This document shows, piece by piece, positions 23,688 to 36,833 of a stretch of 64,000 nt of DNA; the first letter of the stretch is position 1; each line of letters starts with the position of its first letter. The position numbers and the translations under genes are program-made. Under the pieces are notes generated by a model, which was not told where the DNA came from, ran no database searches, and worked only from the letters and a program-made list of their open reading frames with translations. This DNA is from Chlorokybus atmophyticus (lineage: Eukaryota > Plantae > Mesostigma and Chlorokybus algae), in the NCBI GenBank assembly GCA_009103225.1, contig RHPI01002836.1, forward strand, positions 234,578-298,577. Direction: 5' to 3'.

Positions 23688-26390
23688 TGTTGTGCATACG
23701 CATGGATGGAGCTTAGTGTCCAGTCTGATATGCACTTGTAATAGGAAACATTGGCACTATGTGTGCACTGCATGAGTTCATGCAGTACCAGCATATCATG
23801 TGCTGTAGATATCAGCCTTGGGGTAGATATCTGCAGTAGGCTAGGAGCATTCTCCTGTATGGGACTGCCTAGGGTATATAGGCCGCGGGACAGCCGCCAG
23901 AGACTAGACCGGACAGATCAGACTAGACAGACCTAGAGTTTGCAGTAGATGCACTTACGAGAGTCTTGGTCTCCCTGTTGCTGTGTGTGACTTGTACCCT
24001 TGTGCTTACTTTGTGTGTGTGCATGCATACATGCAGTAGAAGGTCTGCATCTGTGTGAGCAGCTTTGTGCTTATTAGCTACTGCATAGCTACACTGTGTG
24101 TGTAGAGTCTCAACTCAACACCCTGCTCTCTATACAGCACTGATTGGCAGCAGTCTCTGCCAACAGGTTATGGGCCCACAACCACACTTGTGTGGATTGC
24201 TGTGAGAGCATTGTTAAGATTGTAGGAGTTGAGAGATCAGTTGTGCTTGGGTTGAGAAGCAGTTGTGAATGTAGAGGGGATTGAGAACCCGTGGGAGTGA
24301 GCAAGCTGTCAAAGACGCTGGAGTTCCGAAGGAGCTTGAAGAGGAAGCTGTTCTTCACCGACATGGGATGAGCGAGTTCACATCGAGCAGTTGGATCAGG
24401 ACAACTACAGCACCTGGAGCGTGAAGCTGAAGGCTCTACTCATTGGGAAGAGGCTTTGGAAGTATGTCGACCCCAACAACAAGGAGTTAGAAGAAGCTGC
24501 ACCCGGCACCCTATCAGCTTGGACAGATAAGCAAGAGGAAGCCCTGTCTGTGATTACGTTGCGAGTGAAGGATGTGCATCTCTCTACTGTTGCTGAGTGC
24601 AACACTGGTCGTGAGGCTTGGCAAGTGCTGAAGGATTTGTTAAAGTCCAACAACAACAGTAGGAGGTTGCACCTGAGGAGGAAGCTGTCGTTCCTGCGCA
24701 TGGAGACTGGAGAAAGCATTACCACCTATGTGAGCAGAGCGAGACAGCTGCAACAGGATGTACAAGGAGTTGGGCATCGTGTCAAAGAAGAGGAGGTGGT
24801 TTGACATGTCCTAGCAGGCCTACAGGAGCGCTATGATACCATTGTCACTGTGCTGGAGTCGTCTTCAGAGGAGTTGAAGATGTGTGATGTTGTTACCAAG
24901 TTGCTGAGCATGGAGATGAAGATGACAGAGAAGGAGGAAGGATTAGAGAACAGCGCCTTCGCTGCATTCGTTCCAAAGAAGAGCAAGGGCAACTACAGCA
25001 ACAACGGTGGAGCAGACAAGCGCGAGAGAACCTGCTACTACTGCAAGCAGAAGGGCCACATCATTAGAGACTGCTTCAAGAGGAAGGCTGAAGAGTTTGG
25101 CAAAGGAGGACCAGCGGCGACGTCGTTCACCGCATTCTGAGGAAGTTAGCAGCAATGAAGCAGGGGAGGCAGGCTATGTGATTGTTGGTAGCTTGCAGAT
25201 AGGAACACTTGGTGCGAGAGTCCTTTGTGAGAGATGCAAAGGAGCTTTGTGCATTGTGGTACATGTGTGCTGTGTACACCTGCCGGCCTTTCGGTGTGAG
25301 GGGTTTCCTTAGTGGGAGGTAGAGTGTTGCTGTAAGGTGCACTATGTGTGTGCTTGGGAGGACACTGTGTGTGGACTCGTGATCTGGGAGTAGACTACTG
25401 TGTATGGTTGTGCTCGTATTGGTTAGTCCTTGTGGAGAGGAGACCATGTCCAGGAGAGAAGACAGCAGCAGCAGCGTGACAACGGAGTTGAAGACAGCTG
25501 GAGAGGAGGACTTCTAGGTGGAGCCCTTCACTACAGACTGTGGAGCACTGGAGGCAGTTTACACTGGACAGCTGAAGCCGTCGGAGCTATATGCTGAGGA
25601 GTGGAGGTAGTACCAGAGCAGGAGCGTTGCCTTGGTGGTGGGCTCGAGGGTGTCATGGTGGCACCAACTTTGTGGCGGACGTAAGGGAACTGGGTGTGAC
25701 CTGCGGAAGCGTGATGGAGTCTGCATGAAGAGAAGATCAGCAGGAGTCTACACGAGGAGAAGGACTGGAGCTGAAGATCTCAAGTAAAGACTTAAAGAGT
25801 GTGAAGATCTGAAGTCAGAAGCTGGAGCTTCATGTTGAAGACTGAAGGTTGAATACTGAAGAGAAGACTTGTGTAGTGTGACTGCATGAGTGCATATCAG
25901 CCTGCGTGGGAGTGTTGTGCATAGGCATGGCTGGAGCTTAGTGTCCAATCTGATATGCACTTGTATTAGGAGACATTAGCACTATGTGTGCACTGCATGA
26001 GTTTATGCAGTGCTAGCATATCACGTGCTGTAGATATCAACCTTGGGGTAGATATCTGCAGTAGGCTAGGAGCATTCTCCTGTATGGGGCTGCCTAGGGT
26101 ATATAGGCCGCGGGACAGCCGCCAGAGACTAGACCGGACAGATCAGACTAGACAGACCTGGAGTTTGCAGTAGATGCACTTACGAGAGTCTTGGTCTCCC
26201 TGTTGCTGTGTGTGACTTGTACCCTTGTGCATACTTTGTGTGTGTGCATGCATACATACAGTAGAAGGTCTGCATCTGTGTGAGCAGCTTTGTGCTTGTT
26301 AGCTACTGCATAGCTACACTGTGTGTGTAGAGTCTAAACTCAACACCCTGCTCTCTGTACAGCACTGATTGGTAGCAGTCTCTGCCAACA
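23688..26390 (+). mobile_element. Non-autonomous gag-only Copia element gamma-1
   Basis: 478-bp LTRs 23688-24165 and 25913-26390, TSD AGTCT, PBS at 24166. gag (24391-25140) has CYYCKQKGHIIRDC. No IN, RT or RNase H. Confidence 0.92.
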
Positions 26391-26520
26391 AGTCTGTCTG
26401 CGCATTGATGGCAAGGTGTGTCTCATCGCTAGAGAACAGCAGGGCGGCCTTTACCTGATAGAAGAAGCTGAGACTGACAAGGCACTGGTGGCGACAGTTC
26501 CTGAGTTAGCTGAACTTTGG

Positions 26521-27440
26521 TGTTGAAGGACTAGCATGCACATGTAGTTGAGGCAAGCATAAACACACAGAGACAGAGCTACCGCCACCAGAGCATACAC
26601 AATTCACATCACATTCATCTATTACAAGTTGTCCGCTGATTCTTATACCAGCCAGTTACACACACGTCTACGTTTGCAAGCACTGCATAAGCTATACTCA
26701 GTCTTTTGACGCGCTCTAAGCTACGTTGTCTTCTTTACAATCAGAGCTTTCCAACAAGCTCTTACACGCCTAATATGAGTAAGTATACGCGGAGATACAA
26801 AGCAGTTAGTGAGGCTCCAGTCTGGAGTCCGGAGTCTGGTCCGACGACGCCATCTTGCTAAGTCCGAACCTAGTGCTCATCCTTACGACCTTCTACTCCT
26901 GTGTGGAGGGTCGATGCTGATCGTATGTAGGAATGACTCTCAACACTCCCACGCGAGCAGCTTGACTTCCAACGCTTGCTCCTGTAGTAAAACACAGATG
27001 CCAAGTCCTGCGCAACAAGTCTTGAACTTGAGCGGTGACAATGGCTTTGTCATGAAGTCCGCCAGCATGCCCTCAGTGTTGCAGTACTGGAACTCCACCT
27101 CCTTCCTTGTGACTATGTCACGCACAAAGTAATGCATGACATCAATGTGCTTCGTCCTTGATGAGGCGATAGGGTGCTTTAATAACTTGATGGCTCCTTG
27201 GTTGTCACAGTTGATGACGATGCACGCCATTGGGTGCTCTAAGTCCGCCATGAGCTTGCGAAGCCAGAGTGCCTCCTTCACTGCTGCTGCCGCTGCCATG
27301 TACTCAGCCTCTAATGTAGATGCTGCTGTTGTTGGCTGCAGTCTGCTATTCCAGCTCACTACGCCTCCGTTTAGCTTGAAGACGTAGCCTGTAGTGGACC
27401 TCTTGATGTTGAGGTCACCAGCAAAGTCCGAGTCGCAGCA
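26521..27440 (-). mobile_element. 3' fragment of Copia beta (RNase H end, PPT, 3' LTR 26521-26945)
   Basis: LTR is the reverse complement of 34337-34759. ORF 26940-27359 (CDNQGAI...KHIDV) is nearly identical to the end of 39245-40270. Confidence 0.9.
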
Positions 27441-30227
27441 TGTTGAGGATATTCTTGTATCCGGTCAGCTTGCCCTGTGGATAAGAATAGCCGCGAGAAG
27501 ATTTAGGCGCGAGAAGGTTCCAGTCGAGAAAGGTCCAGGCGAGGACTTCAGTCGAGAAGGTTCCAGGCGCGGAGTCGAGTCCGGAGTCTGGAGACTTCCA
27601 GGCGCTGTAGAAGAAACGTTGTAGCTCGGTGGTTACGTCATTGTATGGCGCGTGTTATAGCTTGTTGAAAAGCTCTTGAAGTAGCTACGTGGTGCAACTT
27701 AGAGCGCAAGAATCGGTTGAGTGTAGAAGTCGTGGTGGCTTCTAGAGTAGACAGGTGCAGAACTGGCGGGTATAAAAGCCCGCGGTATGACTTTGTTGTA
27801 ATCCTTAGAAAGCCTTTTTGGATCAGCCTTGTGTGTATGCTCTGGTAGAGTGTGTGTATTTGTGCTTGCACCAACTCCATGCATGGTCAGTAGTGTTCGA
27901 ATCTCAACAGGTTATGGGCCCACACTTCGCTGGTCTAGCCAGTGTCTAGAGGCGTGATAACGGCAGTAGGCTAGGTAAGGAGTTCTAGCTAAGTCTTGTG
28001 AGGTTGGGTTGAGTCCTGGAAGATGGCAACCAACTACGACAAGGTGACCGTGGAGCCTTTGGACATGGACAACTACAACACATGGAGCGTGCGCATGAAG
28101 ATGTTGCTAGTACACAAAGACTTGTGGGAGTGGGTGGACCCGGAGGAGGCTGACCCTATGTTTACAAGGCAGAGTTCGGTGTTTAAGCAGCAAAGTGGGA
28201 GAGCGCTTGCCCTGATCGGTCTCAACGTGAAGGATCATCACTTGGTGTTGGTGGATGGCTGCAAGACTGCACGAGAAGCTTGGGAGAAGTTGGCATCGCA
28301 CTTCAAGGCGAAGAATAGCGCGAGGAAGGTGCAGCTGAAGAGAGAGCTCGCTGAGTTGAAGCAAGGCGCAGCGGAGCCTCTTACCAAGTATGTGTCGCGT
28401 GCACGAGAGTTGCAGAAGGACCGTCAAGGCGTTGGCTATGAGGTGAAAGAGTCCGAGTTGGTGTGGCAAGTACTGTCTGGGTTGCCTGAAGACTATGACA
28501 CGGTGATCACGGTTTTGGAGGGCTTGGAGGTTGAACCCACGGTGGACGAGGTGGTTCCAAGATTGCTGCAGGTGAATTCAAGGCTAGCGAAGAAGCATGA
28601 GGAAAGCCCGGAGGCGTTGGCTTTCTCAGCGACTTCAGGAAGAGATACTGATCGTTTTCAGCATGGGTCTGGGCGTTTCAGTGGTGATGGTGGCGGTTCT
28701 AGTGGTGGTGGTAGAGGAGCGTCAAGGAGTGACAGGATCTGCTACTATTGCGGGAAGAAGGGCCACATCAGGGTGCATGGCTCGATGAGGAAGCAGCACG
28801 AAGAGGAGCGTGGTGGAGAGAAGCATCATGCCATGACGGGACGTGTTCGAGAAACGCCTATTGCCTTTCATGCAACAACGGATGGTGAGGCAGCTGGTTG
28901 GGTGCTGGACTCGGGTTGCACGAGGCATATGACGGGTGATCGTGAGAAGTTGGCGAAGTACAAGGTCTTGGAGAAACCTATGAAGGTGAAGTTCGGCAAG
29001 ACGGAGGTCTTCGCGATTGGTGTAGGAGAAGCCAAAATCCTGTCTCAGGTTGGAGGAAGGACGAGGCAAGTGTTGTTGAGAGAGGTTTTGTATGTCCTAG
29101 GGCTAGAGGTTAGCCTATTCTCTGTGCGCATCGCGACGAGAGTTGGTGCTGTGACAGTGTTTAGTGGGGACATAGGAAGGGTAGTGCTGCGTGGTGTCAC
29201 AGAGTTGGTTGGCATCAACGTTGGAGGGCTCTACATTAATAAGGAGGTCAAGGGTGCGGACATGCACAAGAAGACCAAGGTGGAGGTGTCCAAGTCAGCA
29301 CCGGTTGTGAAGAAGATGAAGAAGAAGGCCAAGGTCGAGCCTGTTACTCATAAGGGAGCGGGAGCTCAAGAGAAGGTGATGAAGAGCGTGTCACATGCGA
29401 GTGGTGGAGTGATTCCACGTGTGGAGGTTGCTGGTGGTGTCAAGAAGGCTGAAGGTGCAGTTCCGGAGCCCGTGGGAGCCAAAGGAGGCGTTGGCATCAG
29501 CAAGGACAAGAAGAAGAAGCATGGTGGTGGTGGTGTGCAGGACGTTGCCGAGAGTGAGCACGTGGGAGCACATGCAAATGACCATGAGAGTTGCAATAAG
29601 GGTGTGCAAGTGAAGAGCTTCAAGGAGGCGCTCATGAGAGGTGCGGGAAGTGTTTTTAAGATGGTTGGAAGAGCAAAGGATGGCGTGGGAGTTCGTCGCG
29701 CATAAGTACGCAAGGAGTTGGCATCGAAGGTGTTAAAGGCCAAGCTGCCCGCGTGGGAGTGTTGAGGATATTCTTGTATCCGGTCAGCTTGCCCTGTGGA
29801 TAAGAATAGCCGCGAGAAGATTCAGGCGCGAGAAGGTTCCAATCGAGAAAGGTCCAGGCGAGGACTTCAGTCGAGAGAGTTCCAGGCGCGGAGTCGAGTC
29901 CGGAGTCTGGAGACTTCCAGGCGCTGTAGAAGAAACGTTGTAGCTCGGTGGTTACGTCATTGTATGGCGCGTGTTATAGCTTGTTGAAAAGCTCTTGAAG
30001 TAGCTACGTGGTGCAACTTAGAGCGCAAGAATCGGTTGAGTGTAGAAGTCGTGGTGGCTTCTAGAGTAGACAGGTGCAGAACTGGCGGGTATAAAAGCCC
30101 GCGGTGTGACTTTGTTGTAATCCTTAGACAGCCTTTTGGATCAGCCTTGTGTGTATGCTCTGGCAGAGTGTGTGTACTTGTGCTTGCACCAACTCCATGC
30201 ATGGTCAGTAGTGTCCGAATCTCAACA
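27441..30227 (+). mobile_element. Non-autonomous Copia element delta (gag-protease only), flanks not a TSD pair
   Basis: LTRs 27441-27909 and 29760-30227, PBS GGTTATGGGCCCA, GCGTGGGAG before the 3' LTR. Flanks are CAGCA and GATTG. Confidence 0.9.
28023..29705 (+). CDS. gag: Copia Gag-protease with Lys-rich tail, no IN/RT
   Basis: Open 560-aa ORF with YNTWSVRMK, CYYCGKKGH (last Cys lost) and WVLDSGCTRHM. Confidence 0.88.
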   Translation: MATNYDKVTVEPLDMDNYNTWSVRMKMLLVHKDLWEWVDPEEADPMFTRQSSVFKQQSGRALALIGLNVKDHHLVLVDGCKTAREAWEKLASHFKAKNSARKVQLKRELAELKQGAAEPLTKYVSRARELQKDRQGVGYEVKESELVWQVLSGLPEDYDTVITVLEGLEVEPTVDEVVPRLLQVNSRLAKKHEESPEALAFSATSGRDTDRFQHGSGRFSGDGGGSSGGGRGASRSDRICYYCGKKGHIRVHGSMRKQHEEERGGEKHHAMTGRVRETPIAFHATTDGEAAGWVLDSGCTRHMTGDREKLAKYKVLEKPMKVKFGKTEVFAIGVGEAKILSQVGGRTRQVLLREVLYVLGLEVSLFSVRIATRVGAVTVFSGDIGRVVLRGVTELVGINVGGLYINKEVKGADMHKKTKVEVSKSAPVVKKMKKKAKVEPVTHKGAGAQEKVMKSVSHASGGVIPRVEVAGGVKKAEGAVPEPVGAKGGVGISKDKKKKHGGGGVQDVAESEHVGAHANDHESCNKGVQVKSFKEALMRGAGSVFKMVGRAKDGVGVRRA

Positions 30228-30229
30228 GA

Positions 30230-31363
30230 TTGGTGAAGGCGTTATATGGCTTGAAGCAGGCACCACGGGTGTGGCATGCAAGACTGTGCAAAGAACTCCA
30301 GAAGCAGGGGTTTACAGCAAGTCTGGCAGATCCAAGCTTGTTCTACCACGAGAGCAAGCAAGTGTGGCTGTTGGTGTACGTGGACGACATTCTGATTGCA
30401 GCGTCAGGAATGTCAGGAGTGCAGCGAGTGAAGACTCAGCTGCAGGCTGTGTTCGAGTGTAGAGACTTGGGCCAAACAGCATACTTCCTGAGTATGGTTG
30501 TCACCAGAGATAGAGCTGCTGGAACCATCACCATTGCGCAAAAGCAAGCGGTGAAGCAGCTGGTGACAAAGTTTGGTCTCGATAATGCGAATGTTAAAGA
30601 GGTGCCACTGAGCATGGGAGTTCAGTTGGTGAGAGCACTGGACAGTGATGAAGAGTTGGACAAGGCCAAGTACCCCTACTGCGAACTTGTGGGGAGCCTT
30701 CTCTATCTGTCCATAGCTTCTTGGCCTGGCATTGCACATGCTGTGGGAAAGTACTTGGCAAGGTACATGTCTGCTCCAACAATGCAGCATTGGTTGGCAG
30801 CAAAAGGAGTACTGCGCTACTTGTCAAAGACAGCAACAGTTGGCATCCAGTATGGGCGGGGCAACCAGGAGTTGCAAGGCTACTGTGATGCAGATTATGC
30901 TGGTGACCTAGATATCAGAAGGTCAACCACTGGATATGTCTTCAAGCTAAAAGGTGGAGTGGTCAGCTGGAACAGCAAGCTGCAACCGACAGTGGCAGCT
31001 TCCACTACAGAAGCAGAGTACATGGCCTCTGCATCAGTGGCGAAGGAGGCATTGTGGCTTAGGAAACTGCTAGGAGACCTTGGTCATCCATGTGCAAGCG
31101 TGAAGATGTGCTGTGACAACCAAGGAGCAGTAAAGCTACTGAAGAATCCCATTCTCTCGGCCAGGAGCAAGCACATTGATGTGCACCATCACTTTGTGAG
31201 AGACAGAGTGGCGAGGAATGAGAATGAGTTTGTCCACTGTGGCACTGAGGAGATGCTGGCTGACTTCATGACGAAGGCATTGCCTGTGAAGAAGTTCAAG
31301 GCATGCTGTGAAGGACTGGGCATCAGGACAGTGAAGATGGAGACAAAGAAGACCAAGTTCTGA
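30230..31363 (+). pseudogene. pol: Copia alpha RT C-terminal part and RNase H
   Basis: KALYGLKQAPRVW, YVDD, YCDADYAGD, CDNQGA, KHIDV. Confidence 0.92.
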
Positions 31364-31739
31364 AGGTTCAGAGCTGGCCAAGCTGCCTGCGTGGGAGTGT
31401 GGAGAATATAGCATGATTTGCAGTGTTCTCTACATGTATAGCATATGACACTTATGTGCTATTGTCCAGTCAGCTTAGCTAGCCCTATTGTAGCTTATTA
31501 AGTTGGTACTTGATAAGCTACTCATGGACTGCAGTTGTACGTATAGGCTGCAGGCAGTTAGGACTGGTGCATTCTGGTCTGGTCTTTGGTAGGACCCAGA
31601 CTGAGGGCCCAGAGCCGACAGGCCGCGGGTTATTGAGTTAGTTCACTCTCTGGTCAGTTTTTGTCGGTGTAGCTCTGCTCTTACCACTGTGCTGTGTATG
31701 CTTGTTGTGCATGGTTGCATGCAGCATCTCTGGTCAACA

Positions 31740-34336
31740 GTATGGCCATGACAGTGTGAGGAGTGGTGGGGAGGATGGAAGGGTCCGGGCTGCCCTCTCG
31801 GCCATGCGTATGATGTCGATTGCTGATTGGGAGAGCAAGGTCTGTGGCCCACCCTTGACTCCTAGCAACAGGTCAGTGCGAAGCCGGAGAATGTCAGCGA
31901 AGTCCGAGGGGTTGACTGCCATAGGTTGCGCCTCCGGCTCATTGTTATCCATCCACAGCAATGCCGTCACCATCATTGATCTCCCTGTGTGAGTGACGTG
32001 TGTTAAACTCAGCTCAGAGGAGTGGGCCAGTGTTGTACGGGGGTCCAGTCCAAGTGCTCGCACAGCCAACGAATGTGCCGTATCCGGAGCATTGACAAGT
32101 GCTCCTATATGGGTGGCAGTTGGAAGGGAAAGCAATGAAGACGAGGATCGTGCTAGACCTATCCACCAAGCGTCTTCCCTCCATCGGTGCACTGCTGCGG
32201 TGAGGAGAGGAACTGCAGGGGAGGGGGCGGCATCAGGTGAGGGTAGGACGGGGCGAGGGGGGCTGTCGTCTGCTCTCGGCTGGTTAACAGATGTTGTTTG
32301 GTTGTCGTCCGGTTGTGGGTGCCAGCTTGGGGAGAGAGCAAGCCTGCGGGCTGAAGGCCTTGAAGACTGTACTGGGGAGGGGGGGGCGGAGTCGAGAGGG
32401 GGAGACGACATGGTTGTATCGTTGTCTGCTACATGTGGCGCAGGGAGCGAGGACCAACAGCTGTGGTCTGCCATCCATTGTCTTGCCGCTTCCGCTAGCT
32501 GCTGCAATGTGACGTATCCGAGGGCAGACTTCGTTGTCTTGGAGGAGGTGGCCTCCCACTCGTCAAGCTTCACCCATCGCTGGTTGGGCCCCGGGGGATG
32601 CTTGCTAGTAGTTTCCACAAGAATGGGGCAGACAAAAAAGAGGACAGCGGCGTCGTCTGCGCCGCTTCGGACGGGAACCGCAGACAGCAACACGGATTCC
32701 AGCTTTGCCATCTCTATCTCTGCTTCCAAGTTGATGCCCAAAGAAGCAGGAGACGAGCGCAAGACTGAAAAAGCGTGTGCCGTGCCAGAGCCTTGCGTGT
32801 TGGGCAGAGGGGTGAGGTCGCCGTATCGCAGCTTAAACCTCGCCATGGTGGTGTCAGTCAGCAAGAGAGAGGGTGATGACAAATTCTCTGCTGTAGACAG
32901 CAACATAGGCACCAAGGTGGCGTGTGCCCATGCTGTATCCGTGGCGGGGTGGCCTAGAGCTATGGTGACAGACTCCAGGTCCAGGGGGTGGGTTGTGCGC
33001 TGAGGGTGCAGTGCATCTCGTCCACTGTCAGCGGCAGGTAAACCTGCGATTGACTGTGGGGGAGTGCCCCGCTTACCAGGGTGAACCTGACCCTTGCGTG
33101 GTGTGGTGTGGCGTTGAGGGGAAGGAGGGGCCGGAGGTGGGGTGGAGCGCTCTTTCATCCATGTGTCATTGTCATCCGAGGGGAGTCCGTCGTCTTCCAT
33201 GTCCACGCGTTCTCCCCAGCTTCGTGCCCGGGGAGAAGGGGGAGGAGGGGTGCGGGTGGGTAAGTCGCGGGTGTGGGGTGTGGAAGATGGAGGGGTTAAC
33301 GGGAGAGGCTGTTCCTGCGTTAAGAGCGCGAACCTGTTGTTGTTGAGCTTGTTGCTGTTGTTGTTGTTGTTGTTGCTGTTGGGCTTTGATGTTGTTGTGA
33401 GTGGTAGTCTTTGAGCGGGTGATGGTGGCAGTCTGAAGGGGTGGAGAGGGGTTTTGAGAGGGCGGATTAAGAGAGTGAAGAGGCATTGCCGCCTGGTTGG
33501 AAGGAGGAGGGACGGGTGCAGACGAGGGTGCAGCTGGTGTCCTTGTTGGGGCTGCAGCTGAGCACTGGCTGCTAAGGTGGCCACGAATGCCACATCAATT
33601 GCAGAGAAATGGAGATGAGGGGGTGAGGATCAATGGTGGTGGAGGAGACCTGACCTTTGTAGGAAGTTCGGATGGTGATGGTCTCTGGAAGGACAACTTC
33701 AGGGGATTTTGGCGTGAAGCGGTAGCATGTGGAGGGTGTGATGAAGTGGCGATTCAGGGATTGGTTGGGAAGGGGCTCGCCGATGGTGCCGAATTGGCTG
33801 ATGATCTGGATGAGAGCTGGAAGAACTCGAGGGTGGTCGCGGCGGAAGGAGATCCAGCCTTCCTTTACGCCTGAATCCGCCCAAGCAGAGACGCGAACAG
33901 GCTTGCCCCTTAGGGTAAGTAGAGCGCCTCTTCGAGCCCTATCAATGATTGCTATAGCAGCCTCTGCAGAGGAGAGAACAACCTGACTCTCCAACACGTG
34001 GATACTGTGTGGAAGTGATATCAAAGCCTCTAACCTTGTCTAAACAGACCGCCTCAATCCATGACAGTCGTGTGACAAGTGTCTGAGACTCAACATACGG
34101 GAGGCGAAATGCAAGAGCTATCTCTTCTAGCTCAGACTGCCTGTCTGAAAACATGTGATCTATGTAGTCTGCCTCATTGCCTGTCTCAGTAGACACACAT
34201 GTCTGCAATACAGAAGGAGCAGAGGAGTACTGTGCAAAAATGTCACTGATACAAGGCCCAATCGTAGACTTAGCTGAGACTTGTTCTGACAAGGGGGAGC
34301 CCGTCACAACCTCCCTGCATGCCTTGCGCTTGTGTG
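31740..34336 (-). pseudogene. L1-like LINE ORF1 (CCHC knuckle, Pro-rich), continuing past Copia alpha to ~21995
   Basis: ORFs 33942-34349, 33572-34024 and 31734-33593. Knuckle CS*CGIRGHLSSQC near 33570-33605. Removing Copia alpha and one GTATG joins ORF1 to the start of ORF2. Confidence 0.7.
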
Positions 34337-35162
34337 TGTTGAGAGTCATTCCTACATACGATCAGCATCGACCCTCACACAGGAGTAGAAGGTCGTAAGG
34401 ACGAGCACTAGGTCCGGACTTAGCAAGATGGCGTCGTCGGACCAGACTCCGGACTCCAGACAGGAGCCTTACTAACTGCTTTGTATCTCCGCGTATACTT
34501 ACTTATATTAGGCGTATAAGAGCTTGTTGGAAAGCTCTGGTTGTAAGAAACACAACGCAGCTTAGAGCGCGTAAAAAGGCTGAGTATAGCTTAAGCAGTG
34601 CTTGCAAACGTAGACGTGTGTGTAACTGGCTGGTATAAGACCAGCGGACAACTTGTAATAGATGAATGTGATGTGACTTGTGTATGCTCTGGTGGCGGTA
34701 GCTCTGTCTCTGTGTGTCTATGCTTGCCTCAGCTACATGTGCATGCTAGTCCTTCAACAGGTTATGGGCCCACACTACGCTTGAGGAGTGTGAGACTAGC
34801 TTGTGTGCACACACGGATTGACGTTCGGGGACCATGCATGGTCCTTCCACGGACCCAGCGGGCCATACATGGTCCGTCCCCGCGGACCACGAGTGTCTGG
34901 TCCGCGAGGGACGGACCGTCCATGGTTCTTTTGGGGCCCCAACACCTGGCGCGCAGCCGCGCACCACATATGGTCCGTGCCGCACCTTGTATGGTGCGAC
35001 ATGGACCAGCAATGTTGCTGGTTGGCGGCCCTGCAGGGCGCGCTACACGTGTACCATGACTGAAGTACNCCGTGCCGCACCATGTATGGGGCGACATGGA
35101 CCAGCAATGTTGCTGGTTGGCGGCCCTGCAGGGCGCGCTACACGTGTACCATGACTGAAGTA

Positions 35163-35578
35163 CAGTCTAACCTCGATAAGTGCATACCATCGGGAACGGG
35201 CTTATGTATGCACTTATCGCGTTTATGCATCCTCGTTAAGTTATGCACCCGCTTTAAGTGCATTTATTATGCACTTAGGCTTGGCATAAATGCATAACCT
35301 ATGCACTTATCGAGGGAGTAAACCTAATCCTGAGTTGTAACGTGTACGACCGTAACTATTATACACTGTAATCAGAAACTGTCTGTAACTTAGGCGTAAG
35401 TCACCTTGATAAGTGCATAGACACACCAAAGGTTAGGCATCTCACGGTATGCACTTATCGATAAATGCATATGCTCTTAACGCACAGGTCTTCCCCCTGA
35501 AGACGTCGGTGATGGCCGAACTTATGCACTAAACGCGGATATGCACTAAACGAATGTGCACTTATCGAGGTTAGACTG
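35163..35578. mobile_element. Tc1/mariner-type MITE (TA TSD)
   Basis: TA-CAGTCTAACCTCGATAAGTGCA...TGCACTTATCGAGGTTAGACTG-TA. A second copy lies inverted at 41827-42250. Confidence 0.88.
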
Positions 35579-36760
35579 TATCGTTATTGCATGTACGAGT
35601 ACATAGGTACATTGTGTGTAACATCATTTAATTAATGACAGGCCGCACCGACTGTCGCCGCTTACCATAAAGTGGACAGTCGCAAATGGTCGGCGGCTGT
35701 CAATGTATATTGACAGCCGAACGTCCATGTACATTTTAACTTGACAGCCGCCGACCAGTTGCGGCTGTCCACTTGTGGCCTACATATGTATAAATGGATA
35801 TGTGTATACATATAAATATATGTGTATATATACACATATATATATGTATATGTGTATACATGCATATGTATATATATGTTGATAAATATACGTGTGTGTG
35901 TGTGCATGTAGGAATAGGCTTAAGGTATACAAGCAAAAATTGTTGACGTATTGCGGCCGCAATTTGCAGCCGTGCAATTACTTCATATCTATTATTTTAT
36001 GTACATACATTGTTGTAAGTATATTGATGCGCGTACACATGTGCATTAGACCATTCATATGCAAAATTATGTACATCTCAAATAATGTATAACAATATGA
36101 TTGTACAAAGTGTTATGATTACTGTACAATTACATAGTTTAAAAAAATAATTATATCAAATTTACATCCATGCGTTGCGCGTGTAATTACATTATATATA
36201 GGTCGTTGGTTATTACATTATCTTAATGTTCACAACCGTTAACATCATACCATGAATACATATGTGTTGATGATGTTTGCATGTTGCATTGCTAGGCGTA
36301 GTTTATGGTATGTTTGGTTTTGATGATTTGTACGAAACGAAAGCGCAAGCAATGTCAGATGTTATGACTTGTAGCCTTACTTGTATAACCTCATAAATGG
36401 CTCATAAAAGCCTCACGCGACCACAGAATCATCGACAGCCCGATAAGGTACACTGGCTGCATTGACAGTCGCAATTTGGCTACTATCACTAAGCATTGTC
36501 ACAATGACAGCCCCTAACAAGTCTACAAATTGTACTGGCGTATTGACAACCGCCGAGTTCGCGGCTACCGGTATGTAGTTTACCACCGTCCATGTAACTG
36601 GTACAGCCTATAAATGCTACAATTGCACAGGCTCAGCCTATGGGCCTATCAAAGTGACACACAATCTCCGACTGTCCATCAGCAATTACTGCCGCCGGCC
36701 GACAGTCGCCAAGCGGCTAAACTACATGAAATACGTTGCCATATGACCCTACCGGTACGT

Positions 36761-36833
36761 GCACTCGTAGCTTAGTGGTTAGGGCGTCGTCTTTGATATG
36801 CTAAAGGTACTGGGTTCGAATCCGGTCGATGCG
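36761..36833 (+). ncRNA. Degenerate tRNA-like sequence (Pol III A and B boxes); pseudo-tRNA or SINE head
   Basis: TAGCTTAGTGG (A box) and GGTTCGAATCC (B box) at tRNA spacing. Acceptor, anticodon and T stems pair imperfectly. Confidence 0.55.

Larger units (their letters stand above)
22061..31739 (+). mobile_element. Ty1/copia element alpha carrying nested insertions
   Basis: LTRs 22061-22397 and 31398-31739, TSD GTATG on both sides, PBS GGTTATGGGCCCA. gag/protease remnants 22570-23687; RT/RNase H 30230-31363. Confidence 0.93.

Noticed and set aside
31993-33003. 336-aa plus-strand ORF and many similar antisense ORFs over retroelements
   Set aside because: They are shadow ORFs opposite GC-rich coding sequence of the LINE and LTR elements.
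34802-34809. Clean 3-bp TSD for element A
   Set aside because: The right flank is ATA but the left shows only A before CACAC, so the TSD is not confirmed.
34975-35163. 94-bp tandem duplication in element A
   Set aside because: The copies are separated by a single N (35069), so this is probably an assembly artefact.
36761-36833. Functional tRNA gene
   Set aside because: Several stems mispair and the anticodon is ambiguous; kept only as tRNA-like.
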